Position numbers and translations under genes: made by a program
In this document: in pieces, positions 40,265 through 52,127 of the stretch
How the letters are laid out: the number at the start of each line of letters is the position of its first letter
Numbering within the stretch: position 1 is the first letter of the stretch
Notes under the pieces: model-generated
What the model saw: the letters and a program-made list of their open reading frames with translations, nothing else
Told to the model about the DNA's origin: nothing
Database searches by the model: none
NCBI GenBank assembly: GCA_053919585.1
Contig: CM132790.1
Source: Euprymna scolopes
Lineage: Eukaryota
Strand: one strand, 5' to 3'
Length of the DNA stretch: 64,000 nucleotides

Positions 40265-41898
40265 GTGATGATCATATTTATTGGCACGGTAAAATAAAAG
40301 TTAAATTTTGTCTAATAAATTCTAAAAAAGGGATTAAATTAAAGAAAATAACAAAGTATATTATGTATTTTTAACTGGCCTTTCCGATGCAGCAATCGGA
40401 TTTTAGAAAAAATAAATAACAAAGGAACAACAAACATAATTGCAAAAAACCCTTGTTCAAAATTATTGGCACGATTTATTTAATAATCAATTGTATAGCC
40501 TTTGGCCTTGATTACCTTCCTCAGTCGCTTTTCATAGTTTACAACCAAGTTGTTGCACTCTTCAGTAGTAATTTTAGCCCACTCTTCCTGACAATAATCC
40601 TCCAATTGAATAAGATTCTTAGGCTTCCTTTGCATTACCCTCAATTTTAATGTTCTCCATAAATTTTCAATTGGATTAAGGTCTGGGCTTTGTGATGGCC
40701 ACTCCAAAACATTAATATGATTGTCCTCAAGCCATTTCTTAGTCAGTTTAGCCGAATGCTTTGGGTCATTATCTTGCATGAACCACCAACGACGACCAAG
40801 TGAGAGCTCTTTAGCAGAGTCTTTCAGGTTTTCATCCAATATTTTAACATAATCTTCCTTTTTTATGCTACTTGTGACCTTAACAAGTCGCCCTGGTCCA
40901 GAGGCAGCAAAGGATCCCCAAAACATCAAACTGCCTCCACCGTGCTTCACTGTGGGTATGGTGTTCTTAGGCAGGAAAGCTTCGCCAGATTTTCTGTAAA
41001 TATAAGACACTTTATTATGGCCAAATAACTCTATTTTCGTTTCGTCAGTCCATAGAACACGTCTCCAGAATGCAACATCTTTATCAATATGACGTTTTGC
41101 AAAGGCTAGCCTTGCTTTCAGGTGCATAGGCTTCAATAAGGGAGTCTTTCTCGGACGACATGCTTTTAAACCAGCTCTCTTCAAAACTCTACCAACTGTA
41201 TGTCGAGATACATTCACTCCAGAGGTGGTCTGTTCATCAACAATCTCCCCAACAGAGATCCTTGGGGTTTGTTTTACTTGTCGAACAATTTTCCGTTCAT
41301 CTCTTGGGGAAAGAATCCATTTTCTCCCTCTACCCTCTAAACTCATAACGTGGCCTTGCGATTTGAACTTGTTTATTATGGCTCTAACAGTGGATTTGGG
41401 AAGGTTTAGCTTCTTTGAAATCTTATCATAGCCCTCCCCATTGGTATGGCATGCTACAACAAGCTTCCTGACGTCTTCGCTGTGTTCCTTAGTTTTAACC
41501 ATGGCGATTGAAAATTATAATTTAGTCACTTATAATAGTTTAAATAAATCGCTATCTAAAAATTATCTGAAAAAAATTATTCACTGAATTAGCGTTAAAC
41601 AAGCATAATATAGCTATAAAAAAGTTCAGAAAGCACGTAAACCGGAAATTGATTGATATTATACTGATACTAAAAGAAAAACAAAGCCGTGCCAATAATT
41701 TTGAACAAGGGTTTTTTGCAATTATGTTTGTTGTTCCTTTGTTATTTATTTTTTCTAAAATCCGATTGCTGCATCGGAAAGGCCAGTTAAAAATACATAA
41801 TATACTTTGTTATTTTCTTTAATTTAATCCCTTTTTTAGAATTTATTAGACAAAATTTAACTTTTATTTTACCGTGCCAATAAATATGATCATCCCTG
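40265..41898 (-). mobile_element. Full-length Tc1/mariner DD34E transposon with IR/DR-type long TIRs (~1.64 kb)
   Basis: TIRs at 40265-40473 and 41688-41898 (211 bp) are identical by eye except for 1 base. The element ends ...CCCTG|TA. The direct repeat TTATTGGCACG lies at both ends of each TIR, and the transposase ORF inside is intact. Confidence 0.96.
40480..41502 (-). CDS. Tc1-family transposase, 340 aa, intact
   Basis: N-terminal paired-like HTH region and GRGRK linker. The motifs VLWTDETK, FMQDNDPKH and SPDLNPIENLW give DD34E spacing (34 residues counted). AATAAA overlaps the stop codon. Confidence 0.96.
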   Translation of the reverse strand: MVKTKEHSEDVRKLVVACHTNGEGYDKISKKLNLPKSTVRAIINKFKSQGHVMSLEGRGRKWILSPRDERKIVRQVKQTPRISVGEIVDEQTTSGVNVSRHTVGRVLKRAGLKACRPRKTPLLKPMHLKARLAFAKRHIDKDVAFWRRVLWTDETKIELFGHNKVSYIYRKSGEAFLPKNTIPTVKHGGGSLMFWGSFAASGPGRLVKVTSSIKKEDYVKILDENLKDSAKELSLGRRWWFMQDNDPKHSAKLTKKWLEDNHINVLEWPSQSPDLNPIENLWRTLKLRVMQRKPKNLIQLEDYCQEEWAKITTEECNNLVVNYEKRLRKVIKAKGYTIDY

Positions 41899-42190
41899 TA
41901 TGTATATGTGTGTGTATGTGTGTGTATGTCTTGTATTTAAATAATATATACACGTATGCATATGTATATACATATATTTGTGTATGTGTGGGTGCGTGTG
42001 TGTATGTCTTTTATTAAAATAATGTATACATATATACATATGCATATACATATGTATATATGTGTGTACGTGTGTGCGTGTGTGTATGTCTTCTATTAAT
42101 ATAATTTTATATACACATATACATATGTACATACATATTTATATGTATGTGTATGTGTGTGTGCGTGTGTGTGTATGCCCTCTTTTAATA
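41899..42190. repeat. Degenerate TG/TA-rich minisatellite (units ending GTGTGTATGTCTT.TATTAA); a further unit lies at ~39990-40055
   Basis: The same motif occurs on both sides of the Tc1 element, implying insertion into a TA within this repeat. Confidence 0.8.
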
Positions 42191-42929
42191 TACTTTTATA
42201 TTTGCGTTTACTCTTTAATTCAGCACATCTTTGTGTTCAGTTAAAAGAACAAATGTGGCCTTTGTTGTAATTTTATAATTCCAAACTCCCATACATTGTT
42301 TTACGGAGTGCGTGTTGGTATTATACTATATGTTCTATCATCAAGACACAAACCTCAACGACATTACTCCCTACGTTGAGAAGTATTGTAGCATTTGATA
42401 AGTTGTCACGTAAGTATCCTCCTATGCATTACCTATTTTTTTTGTATCGATGCAGTTTTAAGATTAATTCTGCTGTCATAAAACAATCTTGCGTGTTTGG
42501 ACCTCCTCCATTATTGGTGGGATGTAGTGATTGTATTGTGATGATCTTCTCTTCGACAATACCTGATCGTTTCAAGGAGATAGCGTAGTATCTTTCCCGT
42601 AGTCATGGTAACATGCTCATCGGCGTTATCTTCTTTTTGATGAAATGTTGAGAAACGTGTGCGTGTCTATCGTGGTAGCATGCTCCCACACATTTTTTAT
42701 TTGCGAAAACAATAGTATATGTTAATTGTTAATGGTATTATCCTTTCCACGCATTATTTTCTAGGTTTTGGAGACGGAAATGTGTTGTATCTGCCGTATG
42801 AATATGATAACATTCTTACAGGGATATCCTCTATATGGGAGTGCAATTATTTACCAAATAAATATCAATTATTAATAATATCAAATAGTAATAGGTGGTA
42901 TCGTTTATATCATTTTGAATATTCCGACT

Positions 42930-43380
42930 AATGTTCTCATCTTTAGCGTTTTATTCCCAACATTTCGGCCGATGTAACCTGCGATCATCTTAAGTTGTCT
43001 GTTGTTTAAATTCTGAATATTTCAGTCAAACGGGATAATATGTATATGGGTTTGAAAATATAATACTCTATATAAGCAGCCATGACCACACAGAAGCAAT
43101 ACGTTATTCGCAATTATATTCTAACTAGCGGAAACACGGAGGATTGAACATTTAACTTCCAAATGAGTTCAATTATTCTTAAGGTTGGATACTCAATCAC
43201 CTAGCACTTTACCCGTTGCGCCACAGATATTGATAAGGGTTTTATTCGAATATCCGTGCAGATTCCTGAGTTCGACAAAGGACACCTAAGAAAGGTTAGG
43301 GGTCATATCGGCCGAAACGTTGTGGAAATAGCAGTAAGGATAATGAGAGTAATCCAAATAATGCAAATAATCCCAAATGT
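42930..43380. mobile_element. Old inverted pair of Penelope-like LTR remnants with degenerate minimal hammerhead motifs
   Basis: The + strand at 43283-43324 reads CAC-CTAAGAA-AGGTTAGGGGTCATATCGGCC-GAAACGTT-GTG. The minus strand at ~42955-43000 reads CAA-CTTAAGA-TGATCGCAGGTTACATCGGCC-GAAATGTT-GGG. The downstream tails are similar. Confidence 0.5.
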
Positions 43381-44475
43381 ATATGTTTAGATCACGAATC
43401 GTGTTAATTAAACAGTAAAAGCAAAATCCGGACATTTATTAATACAAGATAGGACGATAAATTCCTCGCTCTAGAAGACGACATGAGATCTCTACAACTT
43501 ATGCTCTCTACAAATTCAAGGTATTATAACAGGACCATTGCCAGCACTCTTACAATACATCGTTGGATTGCCACAAATAACAGGGATGGGCCGAAGAGTG
43601 TAGTAATCCCTTAGTACAATCAGCTGGCCGCTTTCCGGAGACTCTGGGGGTTACAGCAGGACCACAATCGAAAGAGACACAGGCTTGTCTTCAAAAGGAG
43701 TGCTACGACTTTGTACCCTTCTCTGACCCCACTGAACTATTTATTTGGTCAGAACATCACCAACATGACATCCCACAACACCAAAGTCAACCTGATCGCC
43801 GCAATTCACCTAGCTACCACCGGCGCTTTTGGAAAAGACATGCTTCCAATTACGGAACCCTATAGTCGGTGATTGAGGCTGAAGGTGGCTACATTGAATA
43901 AATGTCAGCTCTACTACATAATCAAGTTACCTGAATTGTTTTTTTTCACTAAAAGCTTTAAAATAAAGGTGCAGTGTTGTTTTCCTTAAGCTGGCAATTT
44001 TATCGTCCCACCCTATCCTGGGTGATTGTCGTCGATATTTTACTGTTTTTCACTCTAGAAACAATCCGCATGTTTCTGTTTAAATAAAAATGTTTTTGCT
44101 CTTTGTTTATTTTGCAAAATACTTTGAAGCGTTGAAGAATTGCTTGTCTTTGCTTATTTAAAAACAGCGATAATTTCACAACGTTTGAAAGCCCCGCATA
44201 ATTAGATATCGTAAACGAGAATAGACATACAACGCGAGTGATGGACGATGGGGCACAAGTGTGGGAAACGGTAATAGGTTTTTAAAGAAAGTTGGATTTG
44301 CCATGATAAAGAAAACGCTAAATTGAAACCAGAAAGATACAAAAAGACAATAAGATTCGCGTAGAGAGAAGGAGAAAATAGCTGATGAATGACAAAGTCG
44401 CCATTTGACGATGAATTATGTATTGTATTTCAATGTAGACTGAGAAGGTATTTGCATAAATTGTGATGACTTCCG

Positions 44476-44508
<33 letters not shown>

Positions 44509-44524
44509 TGTGTGCGCGTGCGTG
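44476..44524. repeat. (TG)n microsatellite
   Basis: Directly visible. Confidence 0.95.
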
Positions 44525-45129
44525 CGACGGTGAGACCATCTATGCGTTGTAATCAGTCACTCTTTCGTTTGACTTCTGTAAGACGTACATACAAATGAGT
44601 AATGCGTCCAATGACTGACTTTGCTGCCTCTCTCTGAAAGGCCGATAAAACAAACGCGGATTTAATGAAAGACAGAGAGTAAATTAAAACAAACCTTGTC
44701 ATTAAAACTTGCTCTTGTGATGACGTCATAAAATTTCAAAGGAAAACTCAGAGCGAAAAAGGATACCTTTACTTCAACGCCAATTTAGTTTAGATATGCG
44801 TTTTATTGTATTAGATTATGTGTTGAAAGCCACGTCTCTCTAATTCGTAATTATTTTTATACACTATTATATATATTATACACTATTATACTCGCCTTTT
44901 TATAGCGATTAACTATTTATCAAGGCTCACTATAGGATAAAGGTGATTGTTTAAAGTGGACGGCCATACTTCATTTTGGTGATCCGTAAAAGTGGTTGAT
45001 ACTGGGCAGAATTGGCTTATTTACAAGGACAATTCAACTAAAATTATTAACATTAAACTTGAAAGCGGCCATCTTGTATTAATTTGGGAAGTAACAGATT
45101 GGAGTTGTTCGACGGAAACTTTATTCAGA

Positions 45130-45910
45130 TAAGTTCAAATCGGATGGCTCTCGTCTTGGGGAGGCTCCGTGTTTTGACAAACTTCTGGGTTTGACCTTTA
45201 CTCCTGATCTGAAATGGAACACGTACATCAAGTCTGTTGCCAGGGACGCTGGGAAAATGGTGGGATCCTTATACCGCTCCAGAAGATATCTCACTACTGA
45301 TGCAATTTTCTATCTGTATAAAAGCCAAGTACGCCCAAGGATGGAGTACTGCTGCCACATCTGGGCAGGAGCTGTTAAAAACAGCCTACCCTGCCTTGAC
45401 AGAGTAAAAAATAGACTTCGTGGTTTAGTGGGGGATACCCTTTTCTCTTCCCTGCAGTCTCTCTTCCACAGAAGAGACGTTGCGAGCCTGTCTTTGTTTT
45501 ATCGTTATTTCCATGGCAATGCTCGTCTGAACTCCAATCTCTCGTCCGCCCCACGCCAATCTTTCACGAGAAACACCCGTCTGGTTGAGACTACTGTTAA
45601 TAATTTTCCCCACTCTTTATCTGTGCCTAAATCCAAACGTAGATTCCATGAGCAGAGTTTCTTTCTCAGAAGTGTACGATTGTGGAACTCTCTGCCGCTT
45701 GCCTGTTCCCCACCTGACTACAACTTGGAATTCCTCAAATCCAACATAAACAAATTCCTGACAAACCGGCTCCTAAAGTAAGACACTTTATCAAATCTCC
45801 AATACTAATGATTACTACAATACTATCTCATTGATTACTGTACACGCAATAACCCTTATCCCTGAGTGGCCTCCGGGCCTTGATAAGTGGTGACCCCCAT
45901 GTAAAAAAAA
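45130..45910 (+). mobile_element. 5'-truncated CR1/L2/Jockey-type LINE: post-RT C-terminal region, 3' UTR and A-tail
   Basis: ORF 45191-45781 contains LGLTF..DLKW, LYKSQVRPRMEYCCHIW, RRDVASLSLFYRYFHG and FF.RSVRLWNSLP, typical of LINE ORF2 C-termini. The element ends GTAAAAAAAA. Confidence 0.88.
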
Positions 45911-46704
45911 TTAGTTGTAAGTATGCAAAGAAAGAAAGGGATATTATTTCCAGTAGTTGTAAGTAGGCGAGTGTTGTAGTGAATGCTTTACATACAAGAA
46001 CGATGCTTGATTGGGGCTCAGTCAAGCACGTACCATGAAACTATATAATATCTTAGCAGCTTCTCTTTTGTGAGAAAGAGGTTTTAGTGACATTAGGGAG
46101 GAAAAGCGGACAAAATGTTTTTCATTATCATTTTCTCATTTAATGTTAATTTTCGAGTATGCTACTATTGTTGTATATTGGTTTATATTGAAGGAGATGA
46201 TATATTAAAACGTGTCATGTGTTATCTAGTGGATGTGAGATATTGTTCTTTAACAGACAGATAATAAACGTATTAATCGTGTGTATGTTGTTTAACCAGG
46301 GGACACGATATTGACGTGTAAACCGAGTCATGCTGTATCAGACTGATCGCACGGGATATTTTTACAGTTCATATATAAGAAGAATAATATATGCTTCATA
46401 CCGTTTTCTTGAAGAGTTCTTTTAACTTCCTGCTGCTTCGTGACGAACCATGAAGCGATCAGCACCATATAATTGAGACAACTGTTCTTATTTGTGAAAC
46501 CATTAAAACAACTCTTTATATTTTTGTAATATAAATTTATTACAGTTGTCTCAATTGCTTTTCACAGGATCTGCAGTTTCTACATTTTCTGTTCATACAG
46601 CCCGCTCCTAGCTGTCGGTCCACCCTTGTCTAGACGTCTGTCTGCTCTGGTGGTCAATCCTCAACTCTCTGAATCTCTCCAAAATTAGATAACTTTAATC
46701 TGAA

Positions 46705-46705
<1 letters not shown>

Positions 46706-46741
<36 letters not shown>
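46706..46741. repeat. (TA)n microsatellite
   Basis: Directly visible. Confidence 0.95.
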
Positions 46742-46743
<2 letters not shown>

Positions 46744-48109
46744 CAAACAGTTAATAAAACATGTTAAAAAACTTTGAAAAAGAGTTAAGAACATATTTAA
46801 TCTTGAAAAGAAACACTTGATAAGTGGATAGTCCTTAATCCGCGGAGTTTCCAAGAAATACTTTCCTTCTCATCAGAGGGTAGGAATTAGCAAAATGCAG
46901 GATCGGATTTTGCATGCAAAAGTATTTGATGAAACAACAAGTAAGTACAAAGATCTTACTTGATAACAAAAACGTGAAGCAGAGGGAATATGGTGAAGAA
47001 AAAGGTGATTACACATGAATGGATAGTCTGGTTGAAGATAAATAATCCAGTGACGGTAAAATCCAAACATATAACTTCAAGAAAGTTAATTGAATTTCCA
47101 TTTGCACAAGTAAAATCCAAGGAAATCCCGTAAATGGAAGATGGTACAAAATAATTAAAAGGCAGAAATCGATGGAATAATTCACAAAAATGTGTACAAG
47201 TGAAAAAGGGAAAACTCCAATACTATTAATAAAAGAAAAATAAGATATGCTTTTCACTCTACTGCATAAATATCAACAAGAAATATCAGGGAAGACGAAG
47301 AGGAAAAAATTAAATAGTGATAGAATTTAATATAAAATAGGAAAACAAATGTCAAAATGACCAAACAGGAAATGCTAAAAGGTGCGAAAAAATATATAGG
47401 GCAAAATAATATAGGTCAACTGAAGTGTGCAGGTCATCACTTAAAAAATGTCAGCAATGTTAGAAGACACTGAATGGAAAATAAATAAATTAATTAATAA
47501 ATAAATAGAAAATAATAAATAAACAATAAAAAAAAATATAAATAAAAAATAAAAAATAAAAAAATAAAAATTATTTAAGGGGAAAGGATTGCCGGTATCT
47601 GCAAATTCAGGAAAAAGGAAGCAAGAATGTAAGTAAATGCATATAGTAAAATATGAGTAAATATACATACAAGATATGAAATATATGAAAGTATGGGTAG
47701 ATTTATATTTTACTTTAGTTTTATTTTATTTTAGGTTTTATTTTTTTTGCTTCAGGTTTTATTTTTTTTTAGATTTTAAGTTACTATTACTTTGTTGAAG
47801 GATTTCAATATGGGGGTTTCATTCTTATATTCTCATCGGTAGATTCATGTGCGTTTTTGCTGCTAAATAACTTTAGTCGGTGTTCGATTCGTAGGAAAAT
47901 CATGTTTAATTTTCGATTTTTGAGCGATTATTCGGAAAACTAGACAACTTTACACTGATAGGGAAGATTTTTTCATGTTTGAGTGATCCGTCCGTGATTT
48001 TTCATTTTAATATACTTTCACAGAAATGTTTCTGTTATGTAAAAAAAAAAAACACCTATTTTCTTTACGTCACAAATGTCACGCTCATACATGAATTGCA
48101 TAGCTAATA

Positions 48110-48144
48110 CAACATACTGACCCAACAGGTCACGGGTAGTCTAG
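48110..48144 (+). mobile_element. Probable Helitron 3' terminus
   Basis: A GC-richer hairpin (TGACC-caaca-GGTCA, or ACCC...GGGT) is followed by CTAG|T at 48141-48145. The upstream extent of the element is undefined. Confidence 0.45.
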
Positions 48145-48234
48145 TATATGCATATATAGATTAGGTTAATGCAAATATAATGTGTGTTTATATATATAGT
48201 TGGATGTCAAAAACGACATTATTTTTGCACCAAC

Positions 48235-48237
<3 letters not shown>

Positions 48238-48277
<40 letters not shown>
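48238..48277. repeat. (TA)n microsatellite
   Basis: Directly visible. Confidence 0.95.
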
Positions 48278-48280
<3 letters not shown>

Positions 48281-50059
48281 TATATCCAGGTCTGGCTGAG
48301 TATCTGCGCTAAAAGTTCTTGTGATCTTCACTATATATGTCAAAATTGCGTCTGATACAAAGCAAATGGCGCACCTTTTATAGTAAAATAAAGCCCAATA
48401 ATAGAGATACACTTTGCTAAACATTACACCGCGATTAGGCACCCATTTATTTAGAATGCTGAATGACGTACCAAACTAAGTACGGGTATCATTGTAGTAA
48501 ATCTCTCATATGTATGTCATCATTAGACACACGTGGATGCTCAACGATTCCCATAGACAAAAATTTCACGGGTCGCTGGCATGGAACAAACGAAAAAGTA
48601 AATAGGGCTTTGCTTTCGGTAGAATTGGCACGTTGTACAAAAGTTGTTTTATTTCGATGTAATGATCAAGCTGAATAGGCAGGCATATTTATTAGGCTAA
48701 GCCTGTTAGCCAAGGAGGTTCGCCTCCAAAGATCTATATTAAGATCTCTACCTTTCAAACTAAAAGTATATTGTGCACTTCATTATATTTTATGTACGTA
48801 TATACAAAAAAGACGTTACGGGTGTGAGATTATCGGCTGATTTCGAAAGAAACACGATTAAAAACCTAAAGAAAAGGAAAAAAATGAATTAAAAAAACGG
48901 CGGGAAGTTTTTTCACGCATGAAAAGTTATGTTTTTTAAGCAAAAAGGGGGGTAGGTGACTAAGAGCTTGTTTGGAATTATCATAAAGAAAATTACGTAT
49001 TGCAAATGTGGAAAACGAACGCTTGTTGGTCATTGTTCCAGAAAAATAATACAATTAAGCGGTATTAAATAAAATCAAACTGGACGTAGCAATAAACCAG
49101 GCATTAATATCATATGTTTCAGTTTGAAAAGATACAGTTTGAGCAGGTGGACCTCTTAAATTGAACAAATCTCATCTTTAGTATTTAGCCCCATTTTACG
49201 ATTGGGGCATAGGCTCACATTAACTTTTGAAAGAAAAACTACCGCACTAGGAAAAATGGAATCTGGCCTCAAAATGCCTGAACATCCCCATTAGTTTGGA
49301 CAAGTCAGGTCATCACAGTCTAACTAATAATAATCCCTCTCCAAAGAAAGAATGTAAAGCCAATGATGGGGGATCTCATAGAACTGAACAAACCTAAGTA
49401 TTAACTCAGCAGTAGGAGAGTGCATCTTAAACTAATTGCCATAGGTGTATTCTCTATTCGTATGAAAAACAAAAATTCATCTGTTAAGGATTGAGTTTCC
49501 TTTAAGAAATCTTATAACTTGCGCTTTGCTCATTTTATTCTTTAGTCCTCACATTCCACGAGCGATGTTTCTGATAAGGAGGACGAATTGCTGCTTTTTG
49601 AGTTGAAATCCATACGGCTAACATATAATAATTGCTAATTATTGACATTTAAGAAGTATTTCATTTTATTTTTATCTTCTTTACATCAAGGTGCTTAAGG
49701 CCTTATCTGGGATATTCCTATACAAATTCTTCTTACAAAGCAAAAGTGTATTATATCTTTATCATCCTTATACATGATACAATCTAATTATGTTGCTATT
49801 TAAATTACACACGCGTTTCAGTTTTGTACGATAACCCAATGTAAATAAGCTGGCATCAGAGAGTCACTCTTTTACTAAATGTTCAGAGACATTACAATGT
49901 TTAGACAGTGGTTGACCGAACATGATCTAAAAAAGGGAAGAGAATGCATTAATATTTAAATGGTATAATAGCGGCTTGTACAGTTTATTGCCGATTTTTA
50001 CTGATCCGATTAAATAAAACAGATTAAAGACATATATAATCTAAGAGTCAATATACTGA

Positions 50060-50617
50060 AACCACCAGAAAACGCATTGAAGCTCAAAAATTAGGAACTG
50101 GTGATTTATGGAAAATCTAGTGTAGTAAATAATGGAAATCGACAATACCCCCCTCCCCACTATCATACAATCGTGATGTTGTTTGCACAGGAACTGAGAA
50201 AGCTAACATGTTTGCTTGTCAGTTTGCCTCAAACTCTACCTTGAACCCAGCAAGCCATTCCCTCCCTGATTTTCTTCTTCGGACAGAAACCACACTAGAT
50301 GATCTAAAGATCACGCCCTCCCAAGTACATGATATTCTAAAAAAGCCTAGACATCTCAAAAGCATGAGGACCTGACCTCATCCCGGCTGTGCTATTAAAA
50401 AAATGCTCCGCTGAGGTCGATCTTATTCTCTCTAAACTCTAACAAATGCCTTAACGAATCTTGCTTTCCTGGCTACTCGAAAACTGCTCTAGTAACAACA
50501 GTTTGCAAAAACTCTGGCGAAAGAACTGACCCATTAAATTATCGCCCAGTTAGCCCCCTACATCTTTTCGCCAAAATATTTCAGTCCTTAACAAATAAAG
50601 CTCTAGTCCAACACCTT
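50060..50617 (+). pseudogene. Decayed LINE ORF2 fragment (endonuclease-RT linker and start of RT)
   Basis: Manual translation across stops and frameshifts gives EKANMFACQFASNSTL, KA*GPDLIPAVLLKKC, KCLNESCFP and DPLNYRPVS. It is homologous to 52620-53100 on the minus strand. Confidence 0.8.
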
Positions 50618-51625
50618 ACAGCTGCTAAACCTGCGGTTACAGATGCTGATTGCAGTCCAATAACAATCAGACGACACTTACAACAAGAAGGCATGGTAAA
50701 TAAAAAGCGTAAACAAATTCCTCGATTGCTTCTACGTTACAAAGTGAAACGCTTGAGATTTGGTCGTGAATACGAAACCTGGGACGTTGAAAGTAGATGA
50801 AAGTCCTGTTTTCTGATGAGAAAAACTTCAATTCAGATGGTCCTGATAGTTTCCAGCGATATTGGCATGACAAAAATATGCCCCTTGAATTTTGTTCCAC
50901 ATGTCATAGTGGTGAAGGGTCCTTAATGGTATGGGGTGCTTTTTCGAGCTGCAGGTGGTGCAGGGTCGTCAGACAGCAGCTGGTCATGTTAGCATGCTAC
51001 AAAAAGCATTTTTGGTGATGAAGAGTCATCGTTTGTGTGGGATGGATAGTTATTCCAAGAGGATAATGCTGCAATCCACACTGCAAGATCGACCTTGAGC
51101 TTTCTACAAGAGAGTCCAACTCTTGGGACACTCTGCATGATCCCCAGACTTGAACCCAATTGAAAATGTTTGGGGATGGATGACAAGAGAGGTTAATCGA
51201 AATGGCAAACAGTATTCAACAAAAAATGAACTTCGTGAAACCATCTTAAGAAATTGAAGCATGATCCCTCGCACCTTTATGAAAACTCTTATTTCTAGCA
51301 TGCACCAAAGAACTTTTGAAGTCATCAAAAGCAGTGGACGTAGAACTCATTATTAAGTTTGATTGTTGAATCTTTTCATACACTTTTCGTACACTTTGTG
51401 GGCAGTTTAGTAGAATTTTGGTCTCTGATCTTAAAATTTTGATAATGTGTAAAAAGCCTAATTTAATAAAAATGTAATTTTTAAAAATAAATGCTTGGAA
51501 TGTAGCTTTTTATTTCCATAGCCTTTTAGCATTGGTAACCTTACATCCGAAGAGTTTAAACTCTATTTGTAGAAAGGTTTGTTTTTAAAGAATTTAAAAT
51601 GGTCTTAAATTTTTGATCAGCAGTG
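50618..51625 (+). mobile_element. 5'-truncated, decayed Tc3-like (Tc1/mariner) transposon
   Basis: [37 protein letters not shown] and PDLNPIENVWG occur with stops and frameshifts. The stop is at 51356, and the right TIR ends ...GATCAGCAGTG|TA at 51625. Confidence 0.88.
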
Positions 51626-51702
51626 TATATAAACATCATACATTACTGTTCTGCTGTTTCACAGTTCAGCAGTGCAGCTTTACAAGCAACTACGTCAAGC
51701 CA

Positions 51703-51704
<2 letters not shown>

Positions 51705-51779
<75 letters not shown>
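51705..51779. repeat. Compound (TA)n(GA)n microsatellite
   Basis: Directly visible. Confidence 0.95.
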
Positions 51780-51780
<1 letters not shown>

Positions 51781-51844
51781 AGTACAAAACTTGTTGAAAT
51801 TCAAAGACTTAGTTTCGTTAATGGGATGGCAATGTTATTTTATT

Positions 51845-52070
51845 TTTATTTTTTTACACAGTGATCACCACTTATCAAGGCCCGGAAGCCACTCAGGGAT
51901 AAGGGTTATTGCAAGTACATTACGTTAGTGTGGAGATTTGATGAAGTGTTTACTTAAGGGGGCGGTTCATTAGGAATTTGTTAACATCGGACTGGAAGAC
52001 ATCCAAGTTGTAGTCCGGTGGGAAGCAGGCAGACGGAACAGAGTTCCACAGGCGTGCAGTTCTAAGAAAT
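51845..52070 (-). mobile_element. 3' end of a LINE related to the copy at 45130-45910
   Basis: The minus strand translates to RTARLWNSVPSACFPPDYNLDVFQSDVNKFL. It carries the same 3' UTR motif and A-tail. Confidence 0.88.
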
Positions 52071-52127
52071 AAATAATTTAAAAAAAAATGAAATCAAAGC
52101 AAAAAATAAAAAAATACGAAATTAAGG

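Noticed and set aside
39964-40374. ORFs spanning the N run
   Set aside because: Artefacts of the assembly gap.
46654-49054. Short ORFs rich in IYIY or F/I
   Set aside because: Translations of microsatellite and AT-rich low-complexity DNA.
50813-50830. CTGATGA..GAAA hammerhead-like string
   Set aside because: It is the FSDEK codons of the Tc3-like transposase, and no stems form around it.
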